The notes under the pieces: model-generated | What the model was told of the DNA's origin: nothing | What the model saw: only the letters and a program-made list of their open reading frames with translations | The model's database searches: none | Program-made: the position numbers and the translations under genes | Assembly: GCF_009834535.1 (NCBI RefSeq) | Contig: NC_045696.1 | Location: 96,350,001-96,414,000 of the forward strand | Length of the DNA stretch: 64,000 bases | Reading direction: 5' to 3' | From: Camelus ferus | Lineage: Eukaryota | Shown: positions 51,256 to 64,000 of the stretch, one piece after another | Layout: every line of letters starts with the position of its first letter | Position numbering within the stretch: position 1 is the stretch's first letter

Positions 51256-52660
51256 GGTACCAGTTTGATGGGTATTCAGTTCTATCCCTGTGTTTACAAA
51301 ACGTTTTGGACTCCTTGTGTGGTCGCTGCTAGGCCCCTAGTCATGCTCCTTTCTTTGAGAATGACTCAAGATACACAGAGATGGGCCTGTGGACTATTCT
51401 ATATACTTTCTACCCTTCTTGGGCATGGCTGGTTGAGCCAAGAATGGACACCTGAAGCCAAAACAGTTCCATCATCTCTGTCCAGTGGAGTATCAGGGAG
51501 ATGGGGGCTTGGAAGCTGAGCCACGTCACTGGTTGTTTTCTGAAGGGATCTGTGTCCTGAGGCCTAGATGTTGCCCTGGTTCTTTCCCTTCTCATTCCTG
51601 ACTCCTGCTGGTCCAGCATTTGCCACCTGTCCATTAGCTATCTCAGCACTCATTCAAAAAACAATTTCATTTCATTTTTTTTTTTAGCTAAAGCTCACCA
51701 AACTACCTTTTGTTGCTTACAATCAAAAAGCCTTAGTGTATCTACATACACAGAGAATATTTCTAAAACAGGATCACAGAATTCATCCTGTTCTGAAGCA
51801 TCATTTTTCCCCGTTGTACTATGTACCTTGAACATCATTTTACAGATTCCTTTTAGTGACGGTATGGCATTTTATGCATGGATGTTCTAAATAGATTTAG
51901 TCATCCCTCCTTTGATAGGCTGTTTCTGGGATTTTTGCCATGGAAAACAATGCTGAGCGCAAAGGGGATTATGGGAAAATGAAGACAGAGGGCGTGGCTC
52001 CTTTCTTCTCCACGCCTAACTCCAGTCCGTCTGCCTCTCCTGAGACAAATAGATTTAGGAGGCTCTAGTCTCTGTAAATGTTCCAGCAAAGAGGATTTTG
52101 TGCCCTGTGGACTGGGGAAGCCAGCTGGAGGATCCTTTCTGCCCACAGTTCCCATCACTAGGAGCTTTTCACAAAGCAAGGAATCCTGTGAAGACATGGG
52201 CCTCAGAGATGTGGGGTCCTCAGGGACAATGACCTTAGTCCCACAGAAGTGTGCCACATCTCCTTGGCTCCCAGAAGACCGAGAGGAAACTGACCCAGTG
52301 AGCAGAGGCCTCCCTGCTCCTGAAGCTGGGAGAGGGCAGGACAGTGGGAAGCAAACAAACTTCTTCCTGGGGGCCCAGGAGGAGCCTGACAGCTTGGTGG
52401 CTTCTACCCTGCAGCCTCACGGGAGAAAAGACTGCTCCATCTTTCTCCACCTGTAGGGATGCTGCCCTGAAGACGACTCTAGCAGCCAGACACAAGCCCC
52501 AGGGAGTAACGGAGAGCAACGAACACACCTCAAAGGTAGTCCAGCAGTCAAAGAAAGGAAGACCATTGAGGTGAACCAGAACACACATCCAGTAAAGTCA
52601 AGCTTCTAGAAAAGACAGACGGAAATAGATCAAGGAAAGCACTTAAGGGGATGCAAGTAA

Positions 52661-52662
<2 letters not shown>

Positions 52663-52698
<36 letters not shown>

Positions 52699-52702
52699 AC
52701 AC
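52663..52702. repeat. (CA)n microsatellite, one interruption
   Basis: About 20 CA units. Confidence 0.95.
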
Positions 52703-52730
52703 AGACTTTCTGCTGCTAAAAACATGATTT

Positions 52731-52981
52731 TGCTCCCTTCCCCCTAAATTGGGAGTTTGGGATTGACTTATACAAACTACTATGTACACAATAGGTAAAC
52801 AACAAGGTCCTGCTTGTATAGCACAGGGAACTATATTCAATATAGTAATCTGTAATGAAAAATAATATAAATAATAATATGTGTATATGTATATGTGTGT
52901 ATATATGTACATGTGTGTGAATCACCATGCTGTACACCAGAAACTAATATGACATTATAAATCAAAAAAATTAAAATAAAA
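52731..52981 (+). mobile_element. Short L1 3' end (cetartiodactyl-type)
   Basis: taaattgggagtttgggatt...gtatagcacagggaactatattcaa...A tail; TSD taaaaacatga(t/c)tt. Confidence 0.85.
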
Positions 52982-52999
52982 TAAAAACATGACTTCCCA

Positions 53000-53580
53000 G
53001 CTAAACAATTCAGTAGATAAAGTGAAGGAGATTTACTAATGATCTGGTCAATCAAACTGAAGAGTGATCTTGAAACACAGAGCAAATATTAAAGAGAAGG
53101 AAATCATTAGGGAAGAGGTAAGAGACTTGGAGGGTGCATGAAGGGTATGTAACCAGCAAATAATACGTGTTCCAGAGGAGCTAAAGGAACAGATGGAGGA
53201 GAGGCAATAATTAAACAAATTAGAAGAACATTTCCTTGCAATGAGTAAAATTCTGAGTCTGCAAATTGAAAGGGCTCACCAAGTTCCAGGAATGACTGAT
53301 GAGAGAACAAACACCTTTAGGCACATCCTGCTAAAATCCCTGAATTCTAAGGATAAAAAGAACAATGGTGCGTGTTTCTAGAACAGAACAAATATAAGTT
53401 AGCTACAAAAGCAAAAGAGTAAGACTCTCACAGTGCTTCTCGTTGGCCACATAGACAACTGAGAGAAAAAACAGCAGCCCAAGAATTCCATCTCACCAAG
53501 TTCTTGTTCACCTGTCTAGGCCCGCGAAGGTGTTTATGGCCACACCAGAATTCAGAGCAAACGGATCACATGGAACCCAC
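53000..53580 (+). mobile_element. Degenerate L1/HAL1 ORF1-like region
   Basis: Conceptual translation includes LSLQIERAHQVPG and RHILLK, resembling the L1 ORF1p RRM. Confidence 0.65.
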
Positions 53581-53602
53581 AAACCCCCACTATGGCAAAG
53601 AA

Positions 53603-53950
53603 CAGCAGGTCCCAACTTTAATGCGAATCAGCTGAGGATCTTGCTAAACTGCAGACTCCAGTTCGGCAGGTCTTAGACAGAAATAGGAGATTCTGCATTT
53701 CTAACAAGTTCCCAGGTATAGACCACAAGCATGGACTCTCAGGGGACCCTTTGGGCTTGAATCCTTGACTCAACTCTCTCTCTGGCTGCATGAGCCTGTT
53801 CTTTCACTTTTCTCTGGTTTAGTTTCTTCATCTGTAAAGTGGGGATAGTGATAGTACCTGCCTCATAGAGCTGTAAACGTTAAGTCGGATAACACGTGTG
53901 AACTTCCTAAACTGTGGTAGGCACATAGCAAATATTCAATAAATACTGGC
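53603..53950. mobile_element. MER5 fragment followed by a MIR
   Basis: gagattctgcatttctaacaagttcccagg; then tttcttcatctgtaaagtggggatagtgatagtacctgcctcatag. Confidence 0.8.
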
Positions 53951-55374
53951 TGCAACATAATGGAAGGCTCTCTGGCAATATGTATTATGAATGCTAAACA
54001 AGAGTTTTTAGAACAAAAGCAGTATGCTGCAAAGGCCATTTGATTACTATTAACTGAAAGCATTGACTGCCCTCAGTGAGTCCTGACACTGGGGAGGGCA
54101 GAGGGGGGAGTACCATCACTGCCAAGATCTCCTCGGGGAAGGACAGAGGGGAGAGGAGGGAGTAAGTGCCTTCAGAACTACTTCAGAGTTCATCTTGTGG
54201 GAATAATGACTCGCTTGTTTCCAGATAGTAGAGAAAATGTCTTATTATGAGCATAGGAGTAGACAAAGTGTCTGTTAACAGGATATAAAAGAATATTAGA
54301 ATTTCCATGTTAACACAAGAAAATAAAATGGACTGAACAGAAAATTTACCAAACTGGTGAGAAAAAAAAAAGGGAATAAACTCAAGTATTAATCTTAAGA
54401 AGCTTGCAAGAAAATCTAGGAAACTGAGTAAAATTTAGGGTCAAGAGAGAACTTCTTGACCAATCCTGATAGCCAGACACTTCCCCAAACCCCAACATAT
54501 TTATTTGACTGTATAAAAATGGCAAATTTAGGAAAATATTTACATGATATATAACTATGAAAGAGACTGGCTAGCTGTTTACAAAATGGATTCCTTTTCC
54601 TCAAGGGACACATTTCCCCCTAGTATATTTTTACAGCTTATTGAGATACAACTGAGGTACAATAATGACATTCAAAGTGTACATACAATAGGATGAGTCT
54701 TGTCGAATGTATAACACCTGTGGAACCATCACCACAATCAAGGTAAAGAACATATTCATCACCCTCAAAGGTTTCTTGGTATCTGTTTGTAATCCATTCC
54801 TCACTCTCCTCTCCATCCCCATGGTTTTACATGGAGACCACATTTCCCAACCTTCCTGTAGGGCAGGGCCACGTGCCTTGGTGCTGGCCAGAGGGAGGTG
54901 AGTGGAAGCGAGAGCATCCTCCAGGCCTAGCCTCCCACATATGCGCTTTTCTCTCTTCCCCTATGTCCTGGCTGGAAGTTGACAGCCAAAAGGACCTGAA
55001 GCCACTGCTGAAGATGGAATAGCTCCCCTCAGCTATGGATCTCTGGATGACTGTGTGGAGCACAATGCCCCATCCTGTTGCCAATAAACCTCTATCTACT
55101 GTGTTAAACCACACCTTGGGGGTTTGTCGCAGCAGCTAGTATCACTTAGCTAATACAATACTACTTACAGAGCTCTTGCAAATCTACAAGAAATGATCAA
55201 ACAACCCAATGGAAAAAGGTTAACAAGGGCCAGTTCACAGAAGAGCAAATTCAAATTATCAACATATGAAACATATGGAAAGATGTTCATATGCTAGTTA
55301 AGTACCGACATTCAAATTAAAGTAACATTGGACTAGCAACCATTAAAGAGACTAAAAATACTAATATACCCTTC

Positions 55375-55818
55375 TGTGTGGGTGGAACCAGTGAGTATGA
55401 TGAGCTATCACTCCTGTGATTATGTTACATGACAAAAGGGAAGGGATTTTTGAAGATGTAACTAGGTTTGACTTTGAATTCATCAAAAAGATCATCCTGG
55501 ATGAGCCTGATTTAATCAAATACTTGGGCTTCCCTGAGATCAGAGATGCTGGCCTTGTAGAAGCTGGTCACCATGAGTTCTATAATAGCAGTGAATGAAC
55601 TCTGCCAACAACCACATGAGCTTAGAAGGGGACCCTGAGCCTCAGATGAAACTTCAGCCCCCCAAAACACCTTGGTTACAGCCTGGAGACCCTGAGCAGA
55701 GGACCCACCTAAGCCACGCCCAACCTCCTGACCCAAAGAAACTGGGAGATGATAAATGGGTGTTATTTGAAGTGCTTTGAATTTGGGGTAATTTCTTACA
55801 CAGTAGAGAACTAATACA
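55375..55818 (+). mobile_element. MLT1E-like MaLR solo LTR
   Basis: aactctgccaacaaccacatgagcttagaag...gaccctgagcagaggaccca...gagaactaataca; another MLT1 piece lies at about 54825-55157. Confidence 0.8.
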
Positions 55819-57395
55819 GAGGGTGAAAATAGAGGACAAAGATGAGGGAGAAGAAATGAGCACTAAAAACTTGATTATCCTTATAATCAATATGACTCTA
55901 TAGATTTACATAAAGTAAAAATAAATTTTTTTCAACCTAAAGGAAAACTCTCATTTCTGCTCTTTATTCAAAGCTTTCCATTGAGATTACAATTCTCATT
56001 TAATGCTAACAAATGTAACCAATTTTTTTAATTGAAAAAATGAATATTTTTAAGGTGAAAAATAAACATCACCAACATTTGGAATTTTTAAAAACAATTA
56101 TAGCCTGAATTTAGAGGAATCTGGGGGAACTGTGTGTGAGAAAGAGAGAAGGATGGAGGTATTTGTGCTGCTGTAAGGTGAGAAATAAGAGAGATACAGG
56201 GAGAAAAGATTTTAGGAAGTTTAGCTCTGTGTTAAAGTGGAATTCCCCTTGGTACCTCTTGGAGTGGTTTCAGTGCAGATTTTCATCGTAGTCAATGATG
56301 CGGGGATGTCAATGACAATTCTTTTGGATATAAGATGATGCTAAGGCTGTCCAGAAGGTGGCTCCTCTTTCTACCAATTATACTCCCTAAAACTCCTTGT
56401 GGTTCCCTAGAACCCTCAGAAGAACACCCACACTTCTCAGCAAGACTTTCAAGGCTCTCATCTTTGGACCAGTCTGTCTGTGTACAGAGCTCTAGCTCTT
56501 TTCATTTAAATCACAAAGTTATATGATTGTCCTTTAAGAAAGTTGCAACAGTAAATATTTTCATACACACATGGAGCCATCTTATGTGGGTATATCAGTA
56601 GGACAGATTCTTACAGTGGAATTGCTGGGTGAAAGAATCTGCACATTAAATTTTGATTAAATCTTTGTTTTCCAAGTTGGTCTCCATAAAAACCCTGTAC
56701 CAATCTATAGCCTCTTCCATATACAGCAAGAGAGAGCCCATTTCCCCATATCTTGCTTGCTGCAATACTATAAATATTGATAATACCATTTATCAGAAAT
56801 CTTAAAAAGTTCTGCCTATCAGGCAAAAAATGGTATGAGCATATTTTTCTGATATGCATCAGCCATTTGTATTACTTCCCTGAATTGCCTATTCATGACC
56901 TTCCAGTCTGAAATGATTGTTGCCAAATGAAAGGCAAACCATCTTCTGTGGGACATAGTGATAGAAAAACTTTCCCCTTCTAACAATATCACCACGGAGC
57001 AGTGAAGGATTGAGTATCACACCATCTAAGCTATTCTGTTACTCTCAAAAAGCTGCTTTGGGAAAACATTCTGGTGAGTAAAACAGTAAAAATATTCCTG
57101 CCTACTAAGGTATGTGATGCAACACAAATGAATCATTAAAATCATTGTAAGAATAGCTCCCACTTAAGTATATAAAAGTCAGCAGGGAAATTTTTTTCAG
57201 GGTTTGCTACAAAAATCTACACTGACTTAATGTCTTCTCTCTTACAAGGTTCTAAAGCGTTGCCAAATTTATCTTGTTCACCTGCTTCGCCCGGCTAACT
57301 TTCAAAGGAGCTGGATCTACATTGTTGAAACTCCATCGGGTAATATTTCGTTACTCTTTTATTAAAGATCCCTGGCTGAGCCAACAAGGATAACT

Positions 57396-57670
57396 CACTT
57401 CATTCATTCATTCATTCATTCACTTATTCATTCAAAAAATATTTAATGCAGATTACACGCTAGGCATCCTGTAAAACAGAGGATACAATGATGAACGTGA
57501 CTGACATACACCCTGACTTCATGGATTTATAGTTCAGTGGGAGAAGTCAGTTCAATAAATAGACCATTATCATACAGTGCAATGATTGAGGAAGTTTAGA
57601 TGATGTGTGGAGGCTGGTTTGGGATGGGCATGGGGAAGAGTGCTCCAGGCAGAGGAGAAACTACATGTAT
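57396..57670 (-). mobile_element. L2 3' end with (TTCA)n tail
   Basis: ttcattcattcattcattca...aaatatttaatg; more L2 at about 57930-58400. Confidence 0.75.
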
Positions 57671-60600
57671 TTCAGCAAAGAACTATCATCACGATCACAT
57701 GGTACCCCCTAAGCGTGCATGATGTTCGCTAGGCATGGAATCAGCAACAAATTCTTGTGAAAATTTTAAGAACCCTGATACAAAATCTTAGGGTTGTATT
57801 CAAGGTTTCTGTTCCACTAGAGTCTCTGCCCTTGGCACGCAGGGAAGAGTTTCATTAGAGCCGCTGGAAGCCCTTGCCTGCCCTACAGTCATTCACTTGA
57901 CATGGGAGAGCAGCATTCCCAGGCCAGGCTATGGGCTGGGCGTTGCGAATACCCAGCTGAATAAGACGCCATTGCTAGCCTCAAGCGCCAGCAGTCTCAC
58001 AGGGATGGGGAGGAGATACACAAATAACTATTACTCCAGTTCAACATGATAAGTACTGGGGAAGAGAAGTATGTACATTAGGAGATGAGAATAAAAAGAG
58101 TGAATGAACTTATTCCACCAGCGGGGTGGGAAGGATTCACAGATCTTGATGAGTTGATGTTTACCAGGAAGTCAAACTGCGGAAGTTTTTTGGTTTTATT
58201 TGTTTGTTTGTTTTTAACAGAAAGAAACAAAGGCTGAAAAGGCAAAATGTATGCAGGAAAAGTTAAAAACGTGGCGTGGCCAGGGAACAGGATGCACTGG
58301 GGGCAATTGAGAAAGATAAGCAGCATCCAGTTGGTGAGGGCCTTGGCTGGTGACTGAGCAGTCATGTCTGGACTATTAACATCAGGAGAGGATGCTGAAG
58401 GTGTCACACAGGAAGTGTCATGGCAACCAGCCATCTATGCAATGGGGGGCTCATTTTCAGAGTCACTCCAAAGAGGAAGTAATCCCTTAGACACACACAC
58501 ACACACACACACAATTCACTCTTCCTTCTCCTCCACTCCCGTATTACAGCTCCAAATAATGCAATCCCAGAGGGGTACCACATTCCCAGGAGGTCTACGG
58601 ACAGATTTGCCTAAGATCAACCATTCCTGCAGCCAATGTTCAGAAGCTAAGAACTACCTGCAAAAGAAGTAAAAAGCTGAGATAAAAAGTGAGCAGCCCT
58701 GCACAGGTACCCTAGGAATCAAACAGTGAGAAGCACACAGAGGAATACTGTTAAGGGTTATTACCAGTTTCTTAGTGAGGATTAACTGGAGACAAATAAA
58801 ACAACCTATTACATATCCTCTTTCTGGGTAGCTGAATATAACTATGTATAATAAACTTTATGGAGTTCTCATTTCAGAGTGTGGCTTCAGTCATCATCTT
58901 TTGCCATCTTCATAAATTCCCAAGTTAAAGAACCCCTCTGGATAGGGTTTTGTATTCAGATGTCTGTGCTGAGCAGATAGTTGAGCTCAGAGTCCGAGTG
59001 GACAAAACCAGGGAGCAAGGGCCCCATCCAGGGCCCCGCTGTCTGGATGTGTTAACTGCCACATAAGCATAAGGTGCTTGGACTTCATTCTGTATGCCAG
59101 AAATTCCTAGTTCAGTGAAGGGGCTTTGGGCTACACAGATCCTCGTAGATCATGGGGTAACCAGGCAGGACCTGAGACAATCATAGTCCTAAGATCTTTG
59201 CCTTTAGCCACAAATAATGTCTTCCATTTAGCCCAATGGCAGCCTAAAAATACCGCTGTTTCCTATGTGTTGATAGGCGAAAAGACCAGGAAGCACTACT
59301 GCAAAGGGGAGCTGTAATGACCTCTGGTTAATATCGCGAAACACGGGCACCTCCATCTCAGAGCTTTGGATGTCTTCCTGGATGTGCCAAGGAAATATGC
59401 TTGTAGGATGGAAGACCTGGGACGTCCTCACCGGGATAATGAAGGCAAATTAGCAGGAAGGATCGAGAAGAGAGGTGAAGTCATCATTAAATTACCCCTT
59501 GAGATGCAATTACACGAAGGATAGTGAATAGCTGCTATCCATCTCTTCTTAGAAACGAAAAAGAACTGGATTTTAACTGTGGCCTCAGGAACTGATGTTA
59601 GATATAAGATGCAACAGGACCACTTCCGTGCTCTCAAGTCACTTGTGTTTATCCCATGAGAGGCTTCTTCATGTAACTAACATGGTCTGCTTTGATGTGG
59701 AGTCATCAGTGTGTCCGTCTGCCATGCTCACTCACTTTTGCATCCACAGTACCTAGTTCTGGGCTCTCAATAAGGGTTGCATCACATTAACTCATCAATT
59801 GATGGTGATTGGAAGAGACAGGCTGATACTCTCTGAAATTCATTAAATACAGAACAGGTTTTCTCACTTGGAATGTCTTAGGAAGCACGGACCATGGAGC
59901 CATGATGTAACTTTCTGTTACTAGTTTTTATTTCTCACATCCATATCCCAAGTTCTAAACAGAGAAACTCTATTCCCTTCCATAGAGGTAGTTGACTTAC
60001 TGAATTTTCAAGAGTGAAATGTCACTGCTTATGTTCCTTTGGAGCCTAAACCTATGAGATGCCCTTTAGTATAAATACATTCTAGAGCTGAAGACTTCGC
60101 ATTCAGTTTGCTACGTGTTATGGATAAATTATGTGGCTCCTGATTCTTCAGTTGTGAGTTTTTCATATCCCTGTACTGTCATCTTACTCCCTCCCTGTCC
60201 ACACACCCTGTTTGGGCTGGACAAAGAACCAATTAATGCATTGTTTTTTTTTTCTGCTCTATGAACTTTACTATCTTGAGACAGGAAGGAGGAATAAAAG
60301 GAAAATCTTGTCTTTGCTACTTGTCTGAATTCAAACAATCTCATAGCTTTACTAAGACTTCTTTAAAAATGAATCACTGACAGTGAATAAAACTTCAATC
60401 TGCACCTAACGCCACAAGTCCTAAAATTTACTCTAGGAGCCAGGGTCCTGGCAGAGAGTAGATGACACAATTACCTCAGGAATAAATGAGAGTTTAATGA
60501 AATAATTATTTCACAAAGATGGGTCAGAGTTAGGGGAACCAACCAGAAACAGTGAAGCTGGGGAGCCATTACCATCCGGAGAGTTGGAAGGGTGAAGTGA

Positions 60601-61029
60601 TGGACTTGGTCACTGCTGAGCCCTGGGAGTGGGACTGATGGCAGAATTTGTGGTCTTAAGTGTAACACAACTGCCCAGCCAAAGCCAGCAGGGGTTATAA
60701 ATCACCTGTTCTCTCTCCTCCAGCCCTCAGATCTCCTGATGGTGGTCCCAGTGGCCAAACTCAACTTGAGGTCTCCAGAGATCTGCCTCTGGCCATACAG
60801 AATGTGGGGGGAAAGGGTAAAGAATATTTTTGGAGTGTCAAAGTATGCAGCCACTCACTACATCAGTTGGGGCCCAACAGGAACACACAGCACCCCCTAG
60901 TTAGAATAATTCATCAAGCATTCCTTTACAAGATGGATATTAACAAAGGTGTGGGCAGGACGCAGGGGAACCACAAAGGACAGTGCAGTAACCCGGAGTT
61001 AGTAGCAGTGGAGCTGGCACCACTTACGA

Positions 61030-61822
61030 ATTCTAATACCGATTCCAACATGTGGGTTTTTTTCCCCCAAGCTGCCAAGCAATTCTTTAACACCAGCTGG
61101 GTGTCCTACAATTGAACTCAGTTTTGACACGATCTACCTGGAGAAAAAAATCAGAGCCCACAGTTTAAGGGCTCAGTCCAAGACTGCCCTCCACTTCAGA
61201 TGCCAATCACCAGTCCAGATTGTTATCTGTGCTTCTGACCGACTAGCTACAATTTAGAGGCTCCCACGGCCCCCTCCTTGGGTTCAATTAATTTGCTAGA
61301 GTAGCTCACAGAACTCACGAAAATAGTTTACTCACTAGATTACTGACTTATTGCAAAGGATATTAAAGGATACAAAGCAAGAGCCAGATGAAGAGATACA
61401 CAGGGCAAGATCCCAAACAAAGGTGCTTCTGTCTCCATGGAGTTTGGGGCCTGGCACAGAGGCACGTGGAAATGTTCTGGTTCACCAACCTGGAAGCTCT
61501 CCAAACCCCATCCTTTTCCATTTTGATGGAGGCTTCATTTCGTAGGCACAATTGATCAAATCAGTGGCCGATGGTGCTTGGATTCACCTGTTTGAGCGAT
61601 GGGTGGGAACTGAGAGTTCCAACCCCTCAATCACATGGTAGTTTCCCCTGGCAACCAGCTCCCATGCTTAGGTTACCCCAGGGCTTTCCAGAAGTTGCCT
61701 CGTTAACAAAAGACCCTCCCTCACCCCCATCATTTAGGGAATTCCAAGGGTTTTAGGAGCTATGTGCCAGGACTGGGACAAAGAGCAAATACATATATTT
61801 CTTAGTGTAAATCACAGTATCA
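61030..61822 (-). mobile_element. MER21-like solo LTR nested in an older LTR
   Basis: Minus strand starts gatactgtgattta...aaatatatgtatttgctc...cctggcacatagctcctaaaacccttggaatt; older LTR-like sequence at about 60860-61025 and 61825-61940. Confidence 0.7.
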
Positions 61823-62316
61823 ACCCCCAGCCCCAGAGAGGCAAGGGGAGAACACTGATATCAGAGCCCAGCAGGAGAGTGTGCAGAGGAGGCTGCCTTG
61901 AGAGGAGCAGCTGCTTTGGTGAAGGAACACAAGCAGCCTAAGTTGGGGCTGGGGGAGTAAACACCCGGACTTCATCTTTATTCCACCGTCTAGGTTCCCC
62001 GGACTTCCTGTCAGCCAAAATGAACTGGAGACCAAGCAAGGGCGCTCTGGTGATGTGTCCACATAGGTCAGCCTCCGCAAAGTGAATCTGGAGAGGCCGA
62101 AGATACCTGACACATCTGCTTTTAATTAATTCTGCCACACCTTCCTCCCTCCCTCCCTCCCTTCCTTCCTTCCACCAAACTTTACTAACCTTTATACCAA
62201 GCACTGTGCTAAATAAATGCTCTCACACAGATTATTTCATTTAACCCTTCAGATTTCTCACTAAGGCAGGGAATATTGCTTTTCCCTAAGCAAGTACCTC
62301 CACTGTGTTGACCTCT

Positions 62317-62588
62317 CAGTAGTTTTCAACCTTTTTAACATGGAAAGTCTCTTTTTTAAAAAAAAATGAAACCTCCCTGGAACCCTAATATAAGAAACGA
62401 ATAAAGCAGTATATATTAGTGGAAATTTTTAAATGCAGCTCTACATTTCCTTAGTATTAGGTTAACCAAGGAGAACAACAACAAGATTTGTGATTAATGC
62501 AAAAGTTTGAAACTGGTTTCACTGGCCTCCACTGGCATCAGCAACCCCAAACTTTGATAGACTCCGTGAAACAGTTTGACAGCCACTG
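62317..62588. mobile_element. hAT-Charlie MITE
   Basis: TIR-like ends cagtagttttcaacc / gtttgacagccactg. Confidence 0.6.
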
Positions 62589-62862
62589 AAATAAGTGACC
62601 GGGGAAACACGAAGCTTCATTTTTCAAACCTACAACTTCTTGGCAATGCCTCCTTTTTGTAATCAGAATCTGACTACCAGGACACACGAGACACGACTGA
62701 CAGCTACACTTTTCCGGTCACCTGGTCAGGAAATATCTCATCCCTCTGAAAACTCATCCTTTACGCCTCAGTTACCCAACTCTTTGGAGCAGCTTAACCT
62801 AGGAAATGAAGGCTCTGGTTAAAAACACGGAGATTTAGGAAGCCAGGACGTGATTAACCATG

Positions 62863-62877
62863 TTGGCATTTTGCCAA
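62863..62877. promoter_or_regulatory. Perfect NFI palindrome
   Basis: TTGGC-ATTTT-GCCAA matches TTGGC(N5)GCCAA. Confidence 0.45.
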
Positions 62878-63229
62878 ATGAGCCGCTAACAACCAGGGCC
62901 AGGGACACAAGTGCTGATTAGTAATCCCTGGGCTTACAAATGGGGTTCAGACCCAGTCCTGACAATCCGCTGTGACAGACCAGGGAATTCCTAACCTATT
63001 GTAGCTGCAACCACACTGCCCTGAAAAAAAAGTATTAGTCTAATCAAAATTTATTCACCAGTGCCTCTACTCATAAAGAAAGAAAAAATCTTGTAAGATT
63101 ATTTAATTTAAATTTAGCAGACTGGAAATCTCCTAGGCACTCTCTGTGAAACATAAAATTAAACTTTGAACCTACACACGAGGTTTCTAATGGTTAATGT
63201 TTGTTTCAAAAAATGCTTTGATGTACAAT

Positions 63230-64000
63230 TTAGTCATTCATTCAGTCATTCATTTAACAAATATTTGTTAATTTGCAGGTCATGTTTCAAGAGCTATTCT
63301 AAATTCTGGTGATAAGTCTCAGTGAGCCAGAAAGAACACTCTGAAGTTGGCTGGAATTGGTGTACTGGTTTTGCATGCATTTTGGTTAAAGTAACAGAAC
63401 ACCAGACTTAACACTGGCTCAAACTAACCTTCTTAATTTTTGTCCAGAAGTCTGGAGGGAAGCAGCTGCTGCCTGTGGTTCAGGGGCTTGACCATGATGG
63501 CCTGCATCTTGGCAGTGCTCCTGGCCTTTCTCTCATGCTCATCCCTTCGTGGTGACCAGATGGCTGTGAAGGAAGGAGGGCGTCACGAGGAAATGGGCCA
63601 TGATAGTGATGCTGGAGGAGGGTTGTGATGAATGGTAAGTTCTGTTTGGGGCATGTTGTCAGGGAACTTGGTGATGTCATGACACTCAGCACATGTGTCC
63701 TGTAGGCAATTAGAGATACAGAACTGGATTTGAGGACCGAAGTCAGAGTTAAGGATGTTTGAGGAGGCAGGAGGAGTCTAAACTGAGAGGCCAGGGGAAG
63801 AGTGTCTTCTTAGAACTAAGAGAAATACTCCTCTGTAAACAGGTTCCCAAATGGAGGTGAGTACAGATGGGACAGTTGAAGTATAGCAGCCTCAGGAAAG
63901 TGGGCGGTAAGGTCCTCTGGGAAAGGAACGGGGGCCATATTGAGTGACTGGATTGGAAACAACCAGTGTGGGGATGTGCAAGGGCTGAAGAAAACTGGCT
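63230..64000 (-). mobile_element. L2 fragments
   Basis: tcattcattcagtcattcatttaacaaatattt tail; ttctgtttggggcatgttg...tagagatacagaactgg. Confidence 0.65.

Noticed and set aside
22480..52981. Strand bias of L1s as evidence for a host intron
   Set aside because: The younger L1 3' ends occur on both strands (3 plus, 2 minus), which is uninformative
60887..60905. CTCF-like motif
   Set aside because: Three mismatches, including the key C of GGC
1..64000. ORF-track entries as host protein-coding genes
   Set aside because: All are under 150 aa, many lack an ATG start, many lie in TEs or microsatellites, and none resembles a protein I know apart from L1 ORF1p

Overview
This is mammalian, repeat-rich, apparently non-coding genomic DNA, not microbial. 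Two tRNA-derived SINEs resembling the camelid Vic-1 family and cetartiodactyl-type L1 3' ends point to a camelid (alpaca, llama or camel). I recognise no intact host protein-coding gene. The short ORFs are chance ORFs or transposon debris, and the only recognisable protein is a disrupted LINE-1 ORF1p (30946-31832, minus). Much of the window is nested transposable elements: MIR, L2, old L1M, HAL1, younger L1, MaLR/ERVL/ERV1 solo LTRs and hAT/Tigger MITEs. I found no convincing novel biological system. The best leads are four. (1) A 45.1-46.7 kb block combines a solo LTR (intact TATA, mutated poly(A) signal), a G4/CpG patch, six plus-strand splice donors and a clean 29-nt micro-exon, suggesting an unannotated spliced transcript. 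(2) An ORF1-only L1 has two solo LTRs in its 5'UTR. (3) Several CTCF motifs are present, two of them TE-borne. (4) A GC-box/CCAAT/perfect X-box cluster lies at 6.1-6.3 kb. Repeat subfamily names come from recalled consensus sequences and many boundaries are approximate; RepeatMasker/Dfam should confirm them.
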